Assembly: GCA_964618805.1 (NCBI GenBank)
Contig: CAZUBM010000002.1
Location: 67,013 to 131,012, forward strand
Direction of reading: 5' to 3'
Source of the DNA: an uncultured Nitrososphaerota archaeon
Lineage (GTDB): Archaea > Korarchaeota > Korarchaeia > Korarchaeales > Korarchaeaceae
Length of the DNA stretch: 64,000 nt
Under the pieces are notes generated by a model, which was given only the letters and a program-made list of their open reading frames with translations, had not been told where the DNA came from and did not search any database. Each line of letters opens with the position of its first letter. Position 1 is the stretch's first letter. The translations under genes and the position numbers were made by a program. Positions 57,815 through 64,000 of this stretch are shown piece by piece.

Positions 57815-59680
57815 ATGCCGCGAGGATATGCTGGGAAGTTCTTAGAGATTGACCTTACTAATGAGAAGATCAAAGAGACGAGATTTAGCGATGAGATCTT
57901 GAAGCAGTACATAGGAGGAAGGGCCCTCGCATGCAAGATTCTATGGGACAGGCTTGGAGCTAAATGGGAGATGATAGGTCCCTTAGGGCCAGAGAACCTT
58001 CTTCTGGCCCTTACCGGGCCTATGACTGGCTTTTATCCAGGTCCTAGAATATGCATATCCGGGAAATCGCCTCAAAGCAACGGCATCGTTGGCTCTACTG
58101 TTGGAGGGGAGTTCGCAATAGAGCTAAAGTGTGCTGGTTATGATGGAGTGATAGTGACGGGAAGAGCTCAGCACCCAGTTTACATCTTCATAATGGATGA
58201 AAAAGTGGAAATTAGGGATGCCAGACATCTCTGGGGAAAGGATGGTAAGCAATCCATAAGATTGATTAACAAAGAGATCATAGCCGAGCTAGAGAGCGAG
58301 AGACCACGGAAAAGGATGTGGCGTGAGCCAGGCATCATTTACATAGGTCCAGCTGGTGAAAACATGTCTAGAATCGCTGCAGTTGAGCAAAAATGGACCC
58401 ATGGCGCTGGATATGGAGGTTATGGGGCAGTAATGGGATCAAAGAACCTTAAGGCAATCGTTGCCAAAGGCACAGGCCCCCTTCCAGATCCTAAGGATTA
58501 TGAAAAGGTAAAGGAGCTGCTAAAGAAAGTGGTAGAGTACCGTCTTATGCAGGATAGCATGAGGAGATGGGGAACTGGAAGCGGAGGTTATGCCGTTGGT
58601 GCTGAGATGAGCTCAGAACCCGTTAGGAACTGGCAAGAGGAGTGGCATGATAAGAAGGAGTTTGGTGTCGATGCGTTTGAAAGGAGGGTTTGGCTTAAGC
58701 GTTATTGGGGAGACTATGGGTGTCCAACAACTTGTTTGAAGGTAGCTGCTGTGCTTAGAGGACCTCTAAAAGGAGCAATAACTGATAATCCTGACTACGA
58801 GCTCCAGGCTTATTTAGGGACGAATCTGGGCATATTCAAACCTGAAGAAAACGTATACATCGCTTCGATAAGCGATGACTTGGGCTTCTGTGGGATCCAG
58901 CTTGGGAACGTCATGGGTTTTGCGGCAGAACTCTATGAAAGGGGCATCTTAACAAAGGAGGACTTGGGCTTCGAATTGAAGTGGGGAGACGCAAGGACCT
59001 TTGGAAGACTTGCTCAGATGATAGCGAGAAGAGAGGGAATCGGAGACATATTGGCTGAGGGAACTTATAGAGCTGCCTTAAAGATAGGAGAGATGAAAGG
59101 CTTAGATGTTACTAAGTATGCTGTTCAGGTTAAAGGAATAGCAGTAGGAGCCCATGGAATCAGAAGTGGTCTAGATTACCCTTCACCAATAGCTTATGCC
59201 TGTAACGTTCAAGGAGGCGATCACACCTCAGTTGCTGAGTTTCCGCCCCCTGATTTCATGGGTTTCATGGATTCAGCTGTGATTTGTGCTTTTAACTCCA
59301 TAAGGCCCCGAGAAATAATCTGGGAGTTCTTTAACGCTGTTACAGGCTGGAACATGAGTATGGAGGACTGGAACAAAACCATAGGTCCCAGAATGCTTGC
59401 AATCCAAAGGGCTGCCCTATTGATAGGAGGTCCTGACCTTGGGTGGGATCCGAGAGTAGATGACGATAACCCACCAAGGTTTTATGAGACACTTCCGTCT
59501 GGTCCAAAGGCTGGCCAGGCTGGGGATAGGAAAGAAGTCCAGAAAAAGAAGAGGGAGTGGTTTAGTTATCTTGGCTAGGATGAGTTAGGAATTCCGACAC
59601 ACGAAACTCTCAAGAGACTTGGACTTGAAGACGTTGATAGAGCTCTAGAGCCAATAAGGGAGCATTACAGGGCTAGCTAG
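57815..59680 (+). CDS. AOR-family tungsten oxidoreductase large subunit, WOR5-like, with an in-frame TAG at 59576-59578
   Basis: GAVMGSKNLKA, YWGDYGCPTTC, PDYELQAY, AHGIRSG, QGGDH and DSAVIC. After the TAG the frame continues DELGIPTHETLKRLGLE...* to 59680. Confidence 0.85.
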
Positions 59681-59781
59681 ATAAATTTAGTTAAAAAGCA
59701 GCATAGAAACATGGTCTAACTCAGTAACTCCTTTTTGTAGGACATTGAAATAAACCAAAATGCGTGAAAAACTAAGACAAG

Positions 59782-60795
59782 CTATGATCTAGCAAGTTTA
59801 AGCATTTCCTCATGTTCTTCTGTTTTAAGCCGTCTCTTTAGGAAAAGTCTTGTGCTGAAGTACCTAGCAGCGTAGTCAGGCAGTATGGTCACTACTTTCC
59901 CTTCCTTCACTCCTAGCTTCTCGGAAGCCCTTATGGCTGCTACAACATTTGCCCCAGAAGATATGCCAAGACCCAATCCTTCGATTCTAGCTAGCTTCCT
60001 TGCCATATCCACTGCCTCATCGCTGCTCACTAGGACGAAATCATCTATCAATTCCTTGTGTCTCTCGATTATCCCTGGAACAAACCCGTCTCCTATTCCT
60101 TCTATCTCATGTCTTCCCCATGCCTCGCCCTTATCCCAGAACCAACTAGCTGCTGTCGGACATTCGGCAGGCTCCATTGCCACAATCTTAACATTGGTAT
60201 TCGCTTCCTTTAGCCTCTTCGCAGTGCCAATCAGGGTACCGCCGGTTCCTATCCCAGCTACAAAAAGCTTTATATCCTTTCCTAGTTGCTCAACAATTTC
60301 TCTTCCGGTAGTCTCATAGTGAGCTTTGACGTTTGCCTCATCTTCCCACTGCTCTGCTACCCAATACTTTCCCGGGTTTTCTTTAGCCAATTTTCTGCAG
60401 TATTCTACCGCTCCCATAGCATCGCTCTCGCCTCCTGGAGTATATATGAGTTTAGCGCCATAAAGCATATCGAGAAGCTTCCTCTCATAGCTCATCTCTA
60501 CTGGCATTACTATGAGAATCTCATAGCCTAGATAGGTCCCTATGGCAGAAAATGCTATACCAGTATTTCCTGTAGTTGGGACGAGTATTGTCATACCTGG
60601 CTTCAGCTCTCCTCTTTTCTCAGCTTCCCTGATCATGTAGTATGCCATTCTGTCCTTAACGCTTCCGCTAGGATTCATGAATTCGCATTTTCCCCAGATC
60701 TCGAAAGGATATTTCTCATCAAGCTTTGATAGCCTAACTATTGGGGTATTGCCAATAAGTTTCAGCATATTATTAACTGTTCTCATCTGATTCAC
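59782..60795 (-). CDS. PLP-dependent cysteine synthase family protein (CysK/CysM-like)
   Basis: IGNTPIV, KCEFMNPSGSVKDR, TTGNTG, GIGTGGT, IEGIG and GISSGAN. Confidence 0.9.
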   Translation of the reverse strand: MNQMRTVNNMLKLIGNTPIVRLSKLDEKYPFEIWGKCEFMNPSGSVKDRMAYYMIREAEKRGELKPGMTILVPTTGNTGIAFSAIGTYLGYEILIVMPVEMSYERKLLDMLYGAKLIYTPGGESDAMGAVEYCRKLAKENPGKYWVAEQWEDEANVKAHYETTGREIVEQLGKDIKLFVAGIGTGGTLIGTAKRLKEANTNVKIVAMEPAECPTAASWFWDKGEAWGRHEIEGIGDGFVPGIIERHKELIDDFVLVSSDEAVDMARKLARIEGLGLGISSGANVVAAIRASEKLGVKEGKVVTILPDYAARYFSTRLFLKRRLKTEEHEEMLKLARS

Positions 60796-61023
60796 CTCAA
60801 GAAATCAACGGCTTTACCCCTTAAGTATCAGCTTATAAATTGACTTGTAAAGTTAGACTAGCCTTACACTATGCCCATAACTTAGGTAAAACAGAACTTG
60901 TAAGAGAGGTTGAAAGAAAACTAATGGATATCTTTTTCTCTTTATGAAAAATGTTATCTTAAGTTAGATTGATTTGAGGTTTCTCTAAATGTCCTTGCAT
61001 ACTTATTGTTGCTATCTCTATAG

Positions 61024-62358
61024 CTACTTTCCTGCAATCGTAAGCTCAGCAATTTTGACAGTAGGGGAATAATTTCCACCGCTATTCCTTAGGTCTTCCC
61101 CTATGATCTCTATCCCGCCTTTTAGAAGCTCATAGAAGTTTCCTGATATAATCACCCCTTTGACTGGCTTTTTTATCTCACCATTCTCCACAAGGTATCC
61201 GTGTGTTACTGTTGCATTGATGTTTCCACTAACTGGATTCGAGAGCCACTCTCCAATGGTCCCTTCAATGTAGATTCCTTTCCTCGTTTCTCTAATCATT
61301 TCTTCAGGACTTGCCCTTCTGGGTTTCAGAATAAGGTTGCTGGGCGATGGTTGTGGAGGCATCCAGTAACGCCGTCTAAATGCATTTCCAGTTGACTCCA
61401 GACCCTCTTTTAGGGCAGTATATGTGTCATAGAGGTAACTTTTTAGGATTCCCTTCTCAATAATTGCAGTTCTTTGAGTTGGGTGTCCCTCGTCATCAAA
61501 TGGCCTTGTGCGCCAGCCACCTCCCATTGTTCCATCATCAAATATTGTAACGTTATCCAATGCAATCTGGCTTCCAAGCTTATTCGATAGAGGCGATCTC
61601 CCTTTCTGAACCCAGTCTGCATTTATTGGACCGCTTAAAATCACTCCGAGTATGTCGGCAAAGACTTGATTTCTAATGATGACAGGCAGCTTGCCTCCCG
61701 GCATAGGCTTTGCTCTTAAGAACTTAACGGCCTTTTCAGCTGTCCTAAGAGCCAGATCTTGGAAGTTTATCCCCTTCCAAAACCTTGATTCCTGATGTTC
61801 TGTCCCAGTTCCCTTCATATCAGCCTCTTCCGCCTTAGCTCTCACCCAAACAGCTATGTTTGTTTCCTTTCTCTCGCATTCATCTCCATAACTGTTTGCT
61901 ATTAATATTTTTGAGGTGGAGATGCTTAAGATCCCTCTCGTTGGCACAACTCTTCTGTCGTAGTCCTTCATCCACTTCACAACAGATGTTAAGGTCTCGA
62001 TTATCTCCTCATATTCCAAGTCCTTCAGCTTCTCATCATAGTATCCTTCAGCAGATGCTCTTCCAAACTTCCTATTCACGTGTCTCCAATGAGGATCCTC
62101 CTTTGAAACTCTGGCTATCTTTACCGCCCTTTCTGCGGCTTCAGAGACCTCATCTTCATCCAAAACCGAGGTAGAATACATAGCAATCTTCTTACCTAAA
62201 GCTACCATCAATGCCATTCCTAAGGACTCAATTGTCTTGAAACTTTCAATCTCCTCAGCAAATTCCACTTGAACAGTCTTCCTTCTTTGAACGTAGATTT
62301 CTGCTTCCGTTGCACCTTTACTCAAAGCCTTTTTGATTGCCAATTCTGCTAGACTCAT
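61024..62358 (-). CDS. pmbA: PmbA/TldE family protein
   Basis: GATEAEIY, PFDDEG, STGNA and NPVSG. No HExxxH motif. Confidence 0.88.
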   Translation of the reverse strand: MSLAELAIKKALSKGATEAEIYVQRRKTVQVEFAEEIESFKTIESLGMALMVALGKKIAMYSTSVLDEDEVSEAAERAVKIARVSKEDPHWRHVNRKFGRASAEGYYDEKLKDLEYEEIIETLTSVVKWMKDYDRRVVPTRGILSISTSKILIANSYGDECERKETNIAVWVRAKAEEADMKGTGTEHQESRFWKGINFQDLALRTAEKAVKFLRAKPMPGGKLPVIIRNQVFADILGVILSGPINADWVQKGRSPLSNKLGSQIALDNVTIFDDGTMGGGWRTRPFDDEGHPTQRTAIIEKGILKSYLYDTYTALKEGLESTGNAFRRRYWMPPQPSPSNLILKPRRASPEEMIRETRKGIYIEGTIGEWLSNPVSGNINATVTHGYLVENGEIKKPVKGVIISGNFYELLKGGIEIIGEDLRNSGGNYSPTVKIAELTIAGK

Positions 62359-62364
62359 TCTCCT

Positions 62365-63777
62365 TCACCTTCCCCCTACCGTCATCTTAAGAACCCTGAT
62401 GTGGGGTCCTCCAAAACCAACAGGAACGGTCTGTCCCATCTTACCACAGCCACCAAATACGCTTGTACGCATTCTCAAGTCCTTTCCTACTGCATCGATT
62501 GTTTTCAGGGTCTCAAGAATCATTCCACTGATGACCACACCCCTTACCGTCTCAACGAGCTCCCCCTTCCTTATGATTTTAGAAGGACCTACTCCAAATG
62601 TGAAAGTTCCCATACCAACCTCAACTTGCCCTCCAGTAGCTCCTTTACCTCTAACGTATATTCCAAATTCAATGTCCTCAATAAGCTCCTCGAACTCATA
62701 ATCTCTCGGCTGCATGTAGTAGTTAGTCTGCCTCACTATTGGCTGGTTTTCAAAGTCCTGAGCTCTTCCATTTCCCGTCGGTTCAACCTCAAATTGGAGG
62801 GCAGATTTTCTGTCATGGAGATACCCCTTAAGAATTCCATCTTTGACTACGACCGTCCTCTCCTTCTTCACCCCTTCGTCGTCAAAGGGATAGAAGTACC
62901 CACCCTCTACTGTTCCTTCATCTATTATGGTAACTAATTCGCTAGCTACCTGCTTTCCTAACTTACCATGAAGAACTGATTCCCCTGATGATACTAGATC
63001 CCCTTCTGAAGCGTGACCAAAGGCCTCATGCAGGAGGAGCCCAACAACTCTCGGATCAACTACTACTGTGTAAGTTCCAGGTGGAGGAGTTTTGGAGCCA
63101 GCTGCCTTAATTGCAAGTTCAGAGATGTCAGAAGCGAAGGAATTCCAGTCCTTAGACTTTATGAATTCGAAGCCTGCGCACATGGATTCGCTGTATGGAA
63201 CCCTCTCCATCACCCCGTTGACTTTGGCAACGCTTTCATGCCCAAGACCTATTAAGTATGTCTTAACACTTAGTTCGGCTCCCTCAGAAGAGATGAAGTA
63301 TCTAAAGTCTTTGGAAAGGCCAAGCCTTGTAATAGCGCTCTTTATCTCATCACTTATCCAAGCAGCCTTGTTTGCATCCATCGTTATTGAAACCTTTTCT
63401 TCAGGAGAAACCTCAAAAGGATCCATTTTAACAGAAAGCTTTACGTCCGATTTATTGACCCTGCTCTCACAAAGACCTCCTTTCTCAATTTTCATAGATC
63501 TGGCTATTTTTATGGCATTATTTAAAGCTCTTTCGAGGCCAGTTCGTGTCAAATCGCTTGTTGAGGCATAGCCAAGAGCTCCGTTCATAATGATCCTAAT
63601 TCCAACGCCACTAAGTCTTCTAGAGGAATAACTTTTCAAGATCTTGTTCTCAACAGTTATTAACTCATAATCATGGCATTGATAACGAGCGTCCGCATAG
63701 GACGCACCAGATTCTATACCTCTCTCAACAAGCTTCCTTAATTCGGACCTGATCTCTTGTGACATTAAGCTGATCAA
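62365..63777 (-). CDS. tldD: TldD family metalloprotease
   Basis: YADAR, LLHEAFGHASEGD, FDDEG, TGNGRA and GGCGKMGQ. Confidence 0.9.
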   Translation of the reverse strand: MISLMSQEIRSELRKLVERGIESGASYADARYQCHDYELITVENKILKSYSSRRLSGVGIRIIMNGALGYASTSDLTRTGLERALNNAIKIARSMKIEKGGLCESRVNKSDVKLSVKMDPFEVSPEEKVSITMDANKAAWISDEIKSAITRLGLSKDFRYFISSEGAELSVKTYLIGLGHESVAKVNGVMERVPYSESMCAGFEFIKSKDWNSFASDISELAIKAAGSKTPPPGTYTVVVDPRVVGLLLHEAFGHASEGDLVSSGESVLHGKLGKQVASELVTIIDEGTVEGGYFYPFDDEGVKKERTVVVKDGILKGYLHDRKSALQFEVEPTGNGRAQDFENQPIVRQTNYYMQPRDYEFEELIEDIEFGIYVRGKGATGGQVEVGMGTFTFGVGPSKIIRKGELVETVRGVVISGMILETLKTIDAVGKDLRMRTSVFGGCGKMGQTVPVGFGGPHIRVLKMTVGGR

Positions 63778-64000
63778 ACTGCCATTATAATAAATCTTAA
63801 TTAAGCCCTGAAAGTTTAAGGCCTAGCTATGTTGAGCTGAGCTTTTGATTAAAGTCCAGATGAGTCTCATCTCCTAATTCAATCTTTTTATGTAATACTT
63901 ACCTTTTTGGCCGAAAAAGGTTCTCTCCGAAGGATCCAGTAAGATGATTCTTAAGAACTCTAATCAGTTTTTTATGCTGTGTCTAATGAATTTATTTTGT

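Noticed and set aside
17981-59680. Genome-wide amber recoding or pyrrolysine use, suggested by mttB and the TAG in the WOR gene
   Set aside because: mttB has no TAG, many genes here end properly at TAG, and no pyl genes are in the window.
2092-63571. Many 60-160 aa ORFs antisense to or nested in long genes (e.g. 882..1454, 3142..3546, 59885..60319, 62401..62937, 63092..63571)
   Set aside because: They have the Ser/Ile/Pro/Phe-rich composition typical of reverse-complement shadows of well-supported genes.
1-64000. CRISPR arrays, tRNA/rRNA genes, IS elements, integrases and defence systems
   Set aside because: I saw no regularly spaced repeats, GC-rich cloverleaf or rRNA-like tracts, transposase or integrase motifs by eye. 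Small structured RNAs cannot be excluded without a covariance-model search.

Overview
Archaeal chromosomal DNA. The evidence is GGTGA/GGAGG ribosome-binding sites, TATA-like boxes about 30 nt upstream of start codons, AGA/AGG/ATA codon use, and tungsten AOR-family enzymes, MttB and standalone Lrp domains. An anaerobic Bathyarchaeia/Thermoproteota-like heterotroph is plausible, but that is inference. The window is dominated by uptake and breakdown of peptides, amino acids and amides: two Liv-type ABC systems, an Opp/Dpp system, a nitrilase-family protein, D-aminoacylase, an M20 peptidase, an amidohydrolase, a non-pyrrolysine MttB, two AOR/WOR enzymes and TldD/PmbA. It also carries lysA, thrC, cysS, a MoxR-DUF58 cluster and a PadR-ABC exporter. 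I saw no rRNA, tRNA, CRISPR array or transposase. Most notable: (1) an intact membrane-anchored PBP4/DacB D-Ala-D-Ala peptidase abutting an Opp operon, in a region with D-aminoacylase and DAP decarboxylase, which suggests an archaeal system for scavenging bacterial peptidoglycan; (2) a nitrilase-family protein with Asp in place of the catalytic Cys, co-oriented with Liv ATPases; (3) a SAMP/MoaD plus WOR5-like tungstoenzyme operon facing a cysteine synthase. Three genes missing from the ORF track were read by eye: a DUF1116 remnant, a frameshifted EF-domain-like gene and a frameshifted MoaD/SAMP. Five genes carry frameshifts or in-frame stops.
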